A DNA stretch of 64,000 bases from Podarcis bocagei. Lineage: Eukaryota. Below, piece after piece: positions 49,826-61,127 of this stretch. Below the pieces are notes generated by a model. It was not told the DNA's origin and did no database searches. It worked only from the letters and a program-made list of their open reading frames with translations. The number at the start of each line of letters is the position of its first letter. Positions within the stretch are counted from its first letter, which is position 1. A program made the position numbers and the translations under genes. The stretch lies in the NCBI GenBank assembly GCA_964188305.1, contig OZ076888.1. One strand, written 5' to 3'.

Positions 49826-50143
49826 ATACCTGAAGGAGCATCTCCACCCCTATTGTTCAGCCTGGACACGGAGATCCAATGCCGAGGGCCTTCTGGCAGT
49901 TCCCTCCCTTCGAAGAGTGAGATTGCATGGAACCATGCAGAGGGCCTTCTTGGTAGTGGTGCCCGCCCATCAGATGTCAAGGAAATAAACTACTATCTGA
50001 CTTTTAGAAAACATCTGAAGGCAACCCTGTTTAGGGAAGTTTTTAACGTTTGAAGTTTTATCGTGTTTTAAATTTTATCATGTTTTTAATATTCTATTGA
50101 GAGCTGCCCCGAGTGGCAGGGGAAACACAGTCAGATGGGTGGG

Positions 50144-50203
<60 letters not shown>
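49826..50203 (+). mobile_element. L2 3' fragment with (ATT)n tail
   Basis: Homologous to ~846-1170 (YLKEHLHPY..., catcagatgtcaagga, gggtggggtat). Confidence 0.88.
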
Positions 50204-50205
<2 letters not shown>

Positions 50206-50354
50206 AATAACCATGCATTACTCCCATCATCCTTCACTACAGGCCAAGCTCAGAAAAACTCTGGGCACCCGCAGGTTTCCCGCCATTGGTGTAATGGAGC
50301 TTCAGTTTAGCATTGTATGAATTGCCAGCAATGCATTTCTTGAATTTTTATCTG

Positions 50355-50560
50355 TTTCTTTACATGTATATCCCATTTTTCCACAAAAGAGTTCAAGACA
50401 GTGTGCATAATTCTCCTTTCTCCATTTTACCCTCATTGAAACACCGTGAAATTAGGTTAGGCTGAGAGATAGTGACAGCCCAAGGTCTCCAAGTGATCTT
50501 CATAGCTGAGTGGGGGTTTGAAGCCATGTCTTCCCAGTTCTAGCTTGACATCACACTGGC
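50355..50560 (-). mobile_element. Old MIR/CORE-like SINE
   Basis: aggctgagagatagtgacagcccaaggtc...cacactggc. A plus-strand head fragment also lies at ~59108-59213. Confidence 0.65.
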
Positions 50561-51249
50561 TTTCAGAGCCTAAGGAGCATCTTGTGGTTGAGCTGCCGAA
50601 ACCTCTGTGTTGGTTTGGTAATGTTTGCAAGAGGAAAATTGCAGTTCTTGTGGTACACAGTTCATCAAGCCTGATATGAAAATCACCATAATCACTGCAA
50701 ATTCTCAAAGCTTCCAAGGGAAAGTGGGGGTGGATTTCCGCCATGCTTTTAGCTTCCAAAGAATAGTATCAGAGAGTTTTGAGTAGCTACTGTTCTTTTT
50801 CTAGCAAACTGTGGTGGGGAAAGGCAATTACAGAAACAAGGGGCCTTAATGCCAGTATCCAGTAACAGCTACATGCTGTTCTTGGAGATGTTACAATTGA
50901 GCCGATAGTGCATTTCTTAAAAAAGAAAAGCCACAAGATTCTGCTTCATAGGAAGTGCAAAAGGAGACAAGTCATTTACGGCCCATTTTGTGGAGTGGCA
51001 GCAGTTGAAGAAGCATACAAACCTTGTACCGTTTTTCCTGATAGACAAATCCTAATTTTTACAGCATAAAGGAATCTGCTACAGCCCAGTGACAAGCCCT
51101 GAACAATAGTGGTCAAGACTTTTTTCTTTTTCTTTTTTTTAAAAAATGTTCTCTCCCACAACCACACTCCATCAATCGCCCCACAGCCTGACCTCCTAGT
51201 GCTTGTTTCATTTTTCATAGCCTATCATTCAGTTTAGCACCGTCTTTCA

Positions 51250-51550
51250 TATCTGAAGGAGAGTCTCCACCCCCACTATGAGCAGTAAGGTTACAGGGAA
51301 CCAGGCAGAGGGCCTTCTTGGTGGTGGCACCCGCCCTGTGGAATGCCCTCCCAGATGTCAAGGAAATAAACAACTATCTGACTTTTAGAAGACATCTGAA
51401 GGCAGCCTGTTTAGGGAAGTTTTTAATGTTTGATGTTTTATCGTATTTTTAATATTCTGTTGCGAGCTGTCCAGAGTGGCTGGGGAAACCCAGCCAGTTG
51501 GGAGGGGTATGTATGTATGTATGAATGAATGAATGAATGAATGAATGAAT
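51250..51550 (+). mobile_element. L2 3' fragment, internally deleted, with (GTAT)n(GAAT)n tail
   Basis: Homologous to the copies at 621 and 49826. Confidence 0.88.
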
Positions 51551-51682
51551 ATTTATTTAGGAAGCTTTAAGCTCTCCCATTTCACAATCTTAAGACATTT
51601 TTCCTTTCAGCACCCAGGATCGCTAAACGCCTCTGTCTCTTACTTCTGTCTTTTCCATGTAGGAAATTGAGGGCACCTCACA

Positions 51683-52276
51683 CATAGAATCATAGAATCA
51701 TAGAATCATAGAGTTGGAATAGACCACAAGGGCCATCGAGTCCAACCCCCTGCCAAGCAGGAAACACCATCAGAGCACTCCTGACATATGGTTGTCAAGC
51801 CTCTGCTTAAAGACCTCCAAAGAAGGAGACTCCACCACACTCCTTGGCAGCAAATTCCACTGTCGAACAGCTCTTACTGTCAGGAAGTTCTTCCTAATGT
51901 TTAGGTGGAATCTTCTTTCTTGTAGTTTGGATCCATTGCTCTGTGTCCGCTTCTCTGGAGCAGCAGAAAACAACCTTTCTCCCTCCTCTATATGACATCC
52001 TTTTATATATTTGAACATGGCTATCATATCACCCCTTAACCTCCTCTTCTCCAGGCTAAACATGCCCAGCTCCCTTAGCCGTTCCTCATAAGGCATCGTT
52101 TCCAGGCCTTTGACCATTTTGGTTGCCCTCATCTGGACACGTTCCAGTTTGTCAGTGTCCTTCTTGAACTGTGGTGCCCAGAATTGGACACAGTACTCCA
52201 GGTGAGGTCTGACCAGAGCAGAATACAGTGGCACTATTACTTCCCTTGATCTAGATGCTATACTCCTATTGATGCA
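51683..52276 (-). mobile_element. 5'-truncated CR1, same young subfamily as the full-length copy
   Basis: Reverse complement of 36854-37448, with 3 amino-acid differences over ~168 aa and a (CATAGAAT)n tail. Confidence 0.97.
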
Positions 52277-55200
52277 ATGATACATGAAGCATCATGTTCC
52301 CACTTCACTGCAGGAAAACACAGTGGGGAATTCTGATTAGCAATAGATGTGGCTCATATGAGAAACTGCTTGTTTATGTGGCTAATACATATTAAGGACT
52401 CTGACACTATGCCACCAAAGAGGAATGGCAATCATAGTGTTTGGTTCCATTTTTCTCCATTGCAAATATGTAGGGCTGCACTGGATACCATACTCACTAA
52501 TTCCGGTTTTCAATTTCTTTTGGCACTATAGACATTTCTCCAGAATCCTGTTCGGTGACAGTGTTGCATTATCTACAGCAGCAGCACTTTTCCCTGACTA
52601 CTGCTGCTCCTCCTTCAATGAATCATTTGTGAAATCTAGCTTGGGAATGTGATCACAATACCACGAAGCCAATAAGATTTGGCTTGGTGCAAACACCACC
52701 GAGGGCATCTGAGAAGGAGGGCAACGCCAACAACTTAAGGCTGCAGTGTAAGCCCAATTTGCACCAGGCTTGGGGATGGTGTGTGCACCCACTTAATCTG
52801 TTCTTGGGGTTTTTTTCCAACTCTCTGGAGCAGATCCACCCAGCTCTGCTGGCCTCCAACTTCAGACTGATGCCAGCATAATTCTTCTGGTGTGGAGCAC
52901 CCCATTCCAGTGAAATAGGAATGCCCCCAAATGGGGAGGAGGAGGAGAGGGAATGAACCAGCCTGGTATCCACCATCATTTGAGGCTGCTGCCCCAGCTC
53001 CTGGCTGGTGCAACAACTTGTCAGTCACACACCTTGCAGCCAGGCAAATACAGCAATGGTTTCACTGCTCCATCATACTATGTTATTCCCCAGCAGAGGT
53101 TGGGATTGTCACGTTCACAAACATTTTTACTCAAAGAAAAAGGAAAATGCCAAAAAGGGCATCATATTTTTTGCAAAGCCTATTAAATGTTTACAGAGAG
53201 AGAGAGAAAACCCCAATACCCAGTGAATAGTTTTGGCTGATCTTTACTCATAAGCCGTTTTGCAAATGATGTTTTAATGAATATTAGCACACATGATCTC
53301 CTGTAATCTAGTAGACAGTAGGAAATGAGACACCTGAACATTTAGGCAAAGCAAGTAGGATGCTATTGGCGTGAGGAGAATAATGAGGCATTCAGGCACG
53401 GTGTCGTGAGTAGCCAGGGTGACTTGCAGGCTGCATTATTGAATATTCTCAAAAGACCCAAAAGGTTCAATTGAGCACAATAAGTGAAGTGCTTACACTT
53501 GAACCTGGGAACCCAAGATGAACCAAGCAGCCTGCTTTATTAGATTTCTCCACTTTTATCTACACAGCATGAACCAGGAAACACTGCAGTGCATGACAAT
53601 AAATATAAAATGTAGAAGGCAGGGTAGATTTTTAAAAGGGGAAAGAAAAAACAGAGCTAAACATTGCTCTCGGGAGAAAAGACGGGTAAGCCTTGAATAC
53701 TTCATGTTGTTTAAAAGGTGAACAAATTCATCGTAGCAAAACAAGATAATTGAAAGACACCAGGCATGGCTGGGATTTAAACATTTATTTTCACCCATTT
53801 TTATGTACAAGGTATTCCTCTACCCTATAGCAATTAGTGATGTTCTGCAGCAGGTTGCACTTGAACGTTGTTAAGAATTAGTGCAATAATGATTTGCAGG
53901 CCTTTACAGCACACTTACCCTCCAGCTATTTCCCATCAGAACATAAATTCGTAGGATATGATTACTGAGACAAAGCAGCTGGTAACTCCAGGATACAGTG
54001 TTGACAACATGTATGGTATCTCTTAGGTCTCAACACTGTTAGCAGACAGTCTCATTAAAACCAGAACTGCCATGTTTCATTACTGATGCCAATGAAATGT
54101 ATCTGCATAGCTCTGAGGAGAAAGTTCTCACCGGGGAGTGACGAGTGGCATTCAGTTAGTATTGTAAGACGTGAAAAGGGTGAATAGGAATGCTAAGAGA
54201 GTCGAGTTTCTTTATGCTGTTTTTTCATGTAGGTTTCCAAAGCCAGTTGCCATCACATTCATGAGAGCTTTCTTTGTACATATCAGCAGAGAGGCTTGCT
54301 TGGTCCTACTGATAAGTTGATCAGGCCCACTGACTTTGTAGACCCAGGCCATGTTCAAAGACCCTGAGCTAGGGACTATGAGAATGGTCCCAGGGACGTC
54401 TATGGCTAATTTCAGGCCTGATCACTGCTTCTCTCTAACACCACCACTGCAGGCGGCCAACGATGGTATTGCAATTATCACTAGCCTTGCTGATCGATTT
54501 TAGGTCTTAAATAGTTATGATGCTAGAGTGTTGTTGTTTTTCAATATATCATTTCCCTCCCAATATCATTAGTTTTTATTGTTGGTTGGTTTTCAAAAGT
54601 CTGGGGGGATGGCTGTTGATTTTCATATTTCATTTTAAGTTGCCTTTGCATGTGCTGACAAAGGCTCTTTGCCATTGTTTGCACATTCCTTATTTAAATC
54701 CTTGGACATGTAACTATAAGAAGAAATGTGCATTGTTGATTCCCAGACCATCGGATTCAAATTGTGCGGAGTTTGTGGATTTAGTGGGGTGGGGTTGGGT
54801 AATCAACTGATTAAAAAAAACAACTGGATTGAATTGCTAGAGTGACCATTTCTGCAAAAAGGAGTGTGTGGCTAGACTGTAAGGCATTAAGAGGACACTG
54901 GTTAACACTCTCCATTGTTTTAAGCCCCATCTAGACGAATCCCAGGCCATAACACTTGAGTGTTTTTATAAGGGGCAAAAAGACTAGCTTAAAAGCATGA
55001 TATCAATTTGCTGACCCTTAACAGCTCCCAATCTTCCCCAGCCTGCCTTTCCACAGTCTCATAAGTGCAGTGCCTCTGTAGCAGTTCCATACAGCCTATC
55101 CTCAGGGATGGAGGCCATGAAATAAGGGCTTGTAGAGAGTGTTCTGGTCAAAACAAATTAGCAGAGAGGAAAGCTGCAAATCTTTAGTTTGTATTTGATC

Positions 55201-55323
55201 AGGCTGTCCAGCTCTGTGCTCTTGATTGATTCAGACCATAAATCTGGTACACCGAAGAAGCTGGTTTGTTTATTTTCTTGTTTGTTGTGCAAAGCACTCT
55301 GCATGCAGTATTGCTTCTGGAAG

Positions 55324-55470
55324 GCTCAGTTGGTTAGAGGGTGGTGCTGATTGATAACGCCATGGCTGCAGGTTCAGTCCTGAGGGACAGCAGCATGTTC
55401 CTGAATTGTAGGGCGTTGGACTAGATGATCCTCAGGGTCCCTTCCAACTCTACAATTCTATGATTATATG
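55324..55470 (+). mobile_element. Short SINE: tRNA-Ile-like head + CR1 3' tail
   Basis: gctcagttggttagagggtggtgctga..taacgcca followed by gttggactagatgatcctcagggtcccttccaactctacaattctatgatt. Confidence 0.75.
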
Positions 55471-55645
55471 TATGCCCACACACACACATCTGGAAATTGT
55501 CCTCTGCAGTTAAGCTGTGCATTGGATAAATAACTGCTGTACAAACTCAAAATGATATGGCAGCAGCATTGCCAAGGGATGGGCAACGTTGGCCAGTCCC
55601 TCTTTTATTTTCTTCTTTAACTTTCTTTATAGGGTGGCTGTGGAT

Positions 55646-55951
55646 AGAAGAAGAAGAAGAAGAAGAAGAAGAAGAAGAAGAAGAAGAAGAAGAAGAAGAA
55701 GAAGAAGAAGAAGAAGAATTTGGATTTGATATCCCGCTTTATCACTACCCGAAAGAGTCTCAAAGCGGCTCACATTCTCCTTTCCCTTCCTCCCCTACAA
55801 TAAACACTCTGTGAGGTGAGTGAGGCTGACAGACTTCAGAGAAGTGTGACTAGCCCAAGGTCACCCAGCAGCTGCATGTGGAGGAGAGGAGACGCGAACC
55901 CGGTTCCCCAGATTACGAGTCTACCGCTCTTAACCACTACACCACACTGGC
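55646..55951 (-). mobile_element. tRNA/CORE-type SINE (Squam2-like) with expanded (TTC)n tail
   Basis: Near-identical to 20084-20325, with (GAA)n at 55646-55717. Confidence 0.9.
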
Positions 55952-55991
55952 ATAGTGCTGGTGAGACACTAGCAACCCACTTCTTAATCTA

Positions 55992-56338
55992 CAGTGGTGC
56001 CTCGCAAGACGAAATTAATCCGTTCCGCGAGTCTCTTCGTCCAGCGGTTTTTTCGTCTTGCAAAGCAACCCTATTAGCGGCTTAGCGGATTAGCGCTATT
56101 AGCGGTTTAGCGGCTATTAAAGGCTTAGCGGATTAGCAGCTAAAAGGCTATTAGCGGCTTAGCGGCTTAGAAAAAGGGGGGGAAAGTGGGGGGGAAATCG
56201 GAACACTTGCAAGACGTTTTCGTCTTGCAAAGCAAGCCCATAGGGAAAATCGTCTTGCGAAGCAGCTCAAAAACGGAAAACCCTTTCGTCTAGCGGGTTT
56301 TCCGTCTTGCGAGGCATTCGTCTTGCGGGGCACCACTG
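55992..56338. mobile_element. Tc1/mariner (Tigger/pogo-like) MITE, CpG-rich
   Basis: TIRs CAGTGGTGCC(T/C)CGCAAGACGAA, TA TSD and an internal (TTAGCGGC)-like array. Confidence 0.92.
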
Positions 56339-56602
56339 TATATATCTAAATTAGCATATGTAAATGTATATCATGGGTCTATCTTCCATGTCCTTTAAGT
56401 GCTAGCAGCACCCTGGAATAATGATGGCTGGATATCTATCTTGAACAGGCATGTGACTTTAATTGGAAATAGTATTAACTTAGGAGTGATCTACTTAATT
56501 GCCAGCTGGAAATCCTGTATATGTGATGGCACATTGACCTCCACAGGCTTTCCCCCTCACCATGCTTATAACATGGGATATAAAATACTGTATATGTATA
56601 CA

Positions 56603-56979
56603 TGTTGGGATACTGCCAGGGAGACAAAGTCCATCATGGCCCCACATCGATTCCTGACGTCCATCAATCTCCCGTAGACACGCAGTATCAGCAATTAGCG
56701 ACACGAGCTCCAGAAATAGCTTGCCACATTCCAGAGCTGATGCACGCTCTTATCAGCAGATAATGCACAGCGAAAGATGCACGCAGGAGAGCATTATTTA
56801 AGTTTATTCAGCGTTGGTCAGAACAAAGAAAAAACATAACTGCCTGCTTCAGTGTTCAGGCACTGAGAGAGAGAAACAAAAGCAGCAGAAAACATAAACT
56901 TCCTGTGAACAGGAAATACGCAGACTCTGTGACTCACAAAGCCTGCTCCCTTTTAAGGTGGAATGGACATATCCTAACA
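56603..56979 (-). mobile_element. Solo LTR (377 bp, Copia/BEL/Gypsy-type)
   Basis: TGTTGGGATA...TATCCTAACA inverted ends, 5-bp TSD ATACA (56598-56602 / 56980-56984) and AATAAA on minus at ~56803-56808. Confidence 0.9.
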
Positions 56980-57080
56980 ATACATACTGAACATGTATAC
57001 ACTGGATTAGGGGTGATGGGAAAATTTGATTTGGTTCCTATTTAAAGGTAAATTTACCTAAGCTGTATTTTCTGAAACTA

Positions 57081-57226
57081 TAGTCAGTAGAGCATGAGAC
57101 TCTTGAATTCAGTGTTGTGGGTCGAGCCCCATGTTGGGCAAAAGATTCCTGCATTGTGGAGGTTGGACTAGATGACCCTCGTGGTCCCCTCCAACTCTAC
57201 AATTCTGTGATTCCACAGTTCTATGA
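57081..57226 (+). mobile_element. Short SINE: tRNA-Lys(CTT)-like head + CR1 3' tail, nested in a TAGGGATG-type element
   Basis: gtagagcatgagactctt...gtgggtcgagccccatgttgggc followed by ggttggactagatgaccctcgtggtcccctccaactctacaattctgtgatt. Confidence 0.8.
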
Positions 57227-60029
57227 GAATGAAAACAGGACTGCATTCCAAACTCATATTTCTCCATATTTTGCAATGCAGTTCTCCAGCTATGTGTATA
57301 AAAAATGTACATACTAGGGTATGGTGTGCATATAAATGCATATGTTGTTGAAATTAACGTGGAAAAATGCTTTGTTTTAGGAGAAATTGCTTTGCAAAAA
57401 TGTGTATATTAGGCAAATATGCATGCAAACACATACATTCTGAGGGGTTTTTTAAAAGTTTACAAATTGATGTGGAAATGTAGAGAACTGAAAAAGGAGA
57501 AGTCATCATATTCACCCATCCCTCTACTGGATTCACATGATCTTTCTCACCATGCCCTGCCCCCATGCCCTGCCCCTCTGCTTCATATGTTGGGCTATAT
57601 GTTCCATGGGGGATGGATAAGCAGGCCTGCCATTCAACCACAGCCACAAGTCTTCCAGCAGCAATGCTGTGAACTGCTGCTTGTAACAAATTGAAACAAT
57701 GCATGATGCAATGCATATATTTAGACTTTCCTGACACTTTTTCTTTGCTTCAGGGTTGTGTGTGTCTGTGTGTGTGTGAATTTTTATCTTCTCCCATAAA
57801 AGCATATGAGGGAATGCAAATCTAGCACGAATGTTTCTATATAGAAACTGCAGAACCTGAACATCTGGGTGAAAGAGTCAGTGCTAAAAGTGTAGCTATT
57901 TTAGGGGTTGCGCGAGTGACATTTTCATGTGCATGGGAAATTAAGAAGAATGTTTGCATGCCAAATGATAGCTAATTTAGGGCTACAAGACTGTCAGTCC
58001 CCTAAACTTTTCTATACTTGCTCAAAGTGGCAAGCACCACCATTAAGGTCATAAAAATTCCCCCATAAATATGTCAGGGTAGATGCTTTTTAATGTGGGA
58101 ATGGTCCATTGGAAGTGAAGGACTCCAAGAACAAATGCTGGTGGGATAATTAATAGGGACCTCTCCTCTAGGCTATTGTAATCTGAATCTTATTCAACCC
58201 ATTAGCCTAATCGAAAAAGGCTCTTCTAGTGTCCTACCAGATATGCTGTTTGAACACCTAAAAGATATCTTGGAATGGTTTGTTCTGCCAGAAGCTACTC
58301 GGGGTTCTTGCCTTCCCCATCCTTGTTACACTACCCATCCCATCTTAAACCATTTCTGAAACTGAAGGAAGAGTTGGCCACTTACCAACTTTTACCTCTT
58401 GCACCGTTCATCAGACTTCCTATCCAACTGGTAGACCAGTCTTGGAAACTCAGCACTGGTTTGTCCTTTTCTTCCTTTTAATATTTCATAATGGTTGCTG
58501 TCTCCATGCCTTCCTTAAGAATAGAACATGCTCAGATTTATGCTCTGCCCACCTTCTAGTTTGAATTTCCATTGCTCACAGTTTCTTCTTTTTTTAATCT
58601 CTTTTTCAGTACTCTTTTCACCTGTGAAGAAGCCATGAATCATGACAGTTGATCACTATACGTTGATCTACACACACAGCCAACTTTGCCAGAGATAATA
58701 TGGAAGGAAAGATTTATATCAAGTTGAAGAACTATTGTATCTAAAAGGAAGCTGACACACTAAAATCTTCTCATTAAAAAACGGTTGAGACTGGGAGGGA
58801 AATGCTCTGCCTGACTCTGGATTAATGGGCCCACTGTGCAATAGGAAGTTTAAGGTTGCATCCCCCCCCTTTTTTTTGAAGAGTCTCTGGGTTCCTTGGA
58901 GCAGAAAGTCTAGCTGAAAATAGAACTGCAGCAATCTATGATAGGCAAGAACCTACATTCATGCGACATCTATATCTAGCAGTGGGCACAGATGATGGAG
59001 TTTTTCCTAGCAGAACAGCAGTAAGGAATTAATGCAGACCTATTTAGGACAGACAGAGGTCCTAATTTGTCCCTGAGGCCATTTCCCCCAAACCATGGCT
59101 ACCCAAACTGGACTAGTGTTGTGTAGTGGATAGAGTTGTCAGACTAAGATCTGGAAGACCAGGGTATAAATCCCTACTTGGTCATGAAGCTTGCTGGGCA
59201 ACCTTGGGCCAGGTTAGACCGAGTCAAAGGTCTAACTTCATATAAGACAATTTCTGTGGCCTGCGCAGGCATACAAAGTTCAGTTATTGCAAAAGTTTTT
59301 CGTTGTTAATTTATGCATTTTTAAAAATCGCCATGGTATTTAACAGTAATATCTTATGTCCTTTAGAGGAGAAATTGTGAATTGCAGAATTTTAAATACT
59401 CATCATCATCCTTGGCTTCACTCCATTTTGTTTACAACACTCTTCCATTTTCTTATAGTTGTGAGGGTGGGGGGTGGGGAGAGGCCCCACAACTGGAGTA
59501 GCCTAGGGCCTCTCTTCATCTAAATCCGGCCCTGGCCCTGGGATTTTAGGGAGAAGGGCAGGCAATAAGTTAATCATACTGGATTCAGGAGCTAACTTGA
59601 CATGATGGCAACAACACAGTGCATTAGAAACATACACACAGTTGCATACCATCCCAACATTTCTCTGATGAAAATTGGAGTGTCTTAAGGAAAAGTGGGA
59701 CATTCCAGGGTCAAACCAGGAATTGGGATGGCTTCTATAAATCCAGAACTGTCCCTGGGAAATAAGGACACTTGGAGGGTAAGCAGTTGCAGAGCAGAAG
59801 AATGAAAGCAAAAAAACAGAATGCTTCGCCCCCTCCTCCCAGTTGTGTTTCTCCCAGTCTGGCACTGGTCCCAGAAAAAAGCCCAGCTGATGGTTAGTGT
59901 TAAGAAAAAAGATCTGTGTGGCACATCCTGTGCTCTGAGGCACAGGTCATGTCACTGCCACATGTAGTTAGTACCTCAAATCAGCTCCAAATAGCAGCTT
60001 CCACTGAGACCTTTGGGCCTACACTGACA

Positions 60030-60142
60030 GGCAGCGAATCTCCGGGGTTTCACTCAGCAGTCTTTCCCAGCCTTACCTAGAGGTGGTAGGAACTGAACCT
60101 GGAACCTTCTCCATGCAAATAATGTACTCTACCACTGAGCTG
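60030..60142 (-). mobile_element. tRNA-derived SINE (Squam3-like) fragment
   Basis: Minus strand cagctcagtggtagagtacatt...catggagaaggttccaggttcag. Confidence 0.7.
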
Positions 60143-60144
60143 TT

Positions 60145-60272
60145 ATTGGTGGTTTTAAAATAGAGGTTGGATGGCCATCTGTCAGGGATTCTTCATCTGT
60201 GATTCTTGCATTGCAAGGAGTTGGACTACAGGACCCTTTGGGTTCCTTCCAACCCTACAATCCTGTGACTTT
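60145..60272 (+). mobile_element. Degenerate CR1 3' end
   Basis: ggttttaaaatagaggttggatggccatctgtcaggg...ccttccaaccctacaatcctgtga. Confidence 0.7.
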
Positions 60273-60887
60273 ATACCCTTTTCCCAAATGTTCATGAAGC
60301 AAAGGCTATTGCAGAATTGACTCTTGATAAAATCTTACAAAGTGTGATTAGAAAAACTACCATTTAAGAATCAGCAATGCATAGGCTCTACCTCTCTGGG
60401 AAAAGATGTTATTGTACAAACTAGTCGTATGAATTGTTCCAGCAGTCTTCCCATGATGGGGAAGGAGGAGGGGAAAAAGAGACATTCCTCAGTAGCAGCA
60501 AAGGCTTTGATCTTCAAAGGGCATTTTCCAACTGGGCTAATAAAACCATACTTCTCTAACTTGGTAGATACACTACAAAGAGCAGTTCTTGAGGAGTTTA
60601 AAGTTAATAGAATCCCACTCACCACCACCACCCACTACTTGTCTTCAGAAGCAGCTTAATCCCTGCATGTCTGTCACGTTGCTGTAAATTTTCACATTCC
60701 ACAGATGATAAAGTGAGCAGAAAGAGAATATTTTGTTTCTCATGATTTCATGGCTGAACGGATATTTGATTCACGATCACTGGGTTTAACACTAAGTCTG
60801 CTAGTTTGGAGATCTGCAATGAAAGGCTTCTGGGGCAAATTGAGACACACACACACTTGATCTCTCAGTTGCAACCCAAGAGAAATA

Positions 60888-61127
60888 CAATTGTACCTTG
60901 GATCTCAAATGGCTTAGCAGCTGAACAAATCGCCGCAAACCCAGAAGTAGGTGTTCCAGTTTGCAAACATTTTTTGGAAGCTGAACTTCTGACGCGACTT
61001 CCATGACTTCCGATTGAGCACAGAAAGCTTCAGCAGGAAATCAGAAGTCGTGCCTTGGTTTTCAAATAGTTCTGGGAGTTGAACAGACTCCCAGAGTGGA
61101 TTACGTTCGAGAAACAAGGTACCACTG
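60888..61127. mobile_element. Tc1/mariner MITE
   Basis: CAATTGTACCTTG / CAAGGTACCACTG TIRs flanked by TA. A one-ended copy lies at 62424-62518. Confidence 0.8.

Noticed and set aside
55557-55814. Poly-Glu ORF (also poly-Ile/Leu ORFs at 50113-50320)
   Set aside because: Translations of (GAA)n and (ATT)n retroposon tails.
56072-56170. Interstitial telomeric repeat or CRISPR-like array
   Set aside because: The unit is TTAGCGG(C), not TTAGGG. It has no unique spacers and lies inside a MITE in eukaryotic DNA.
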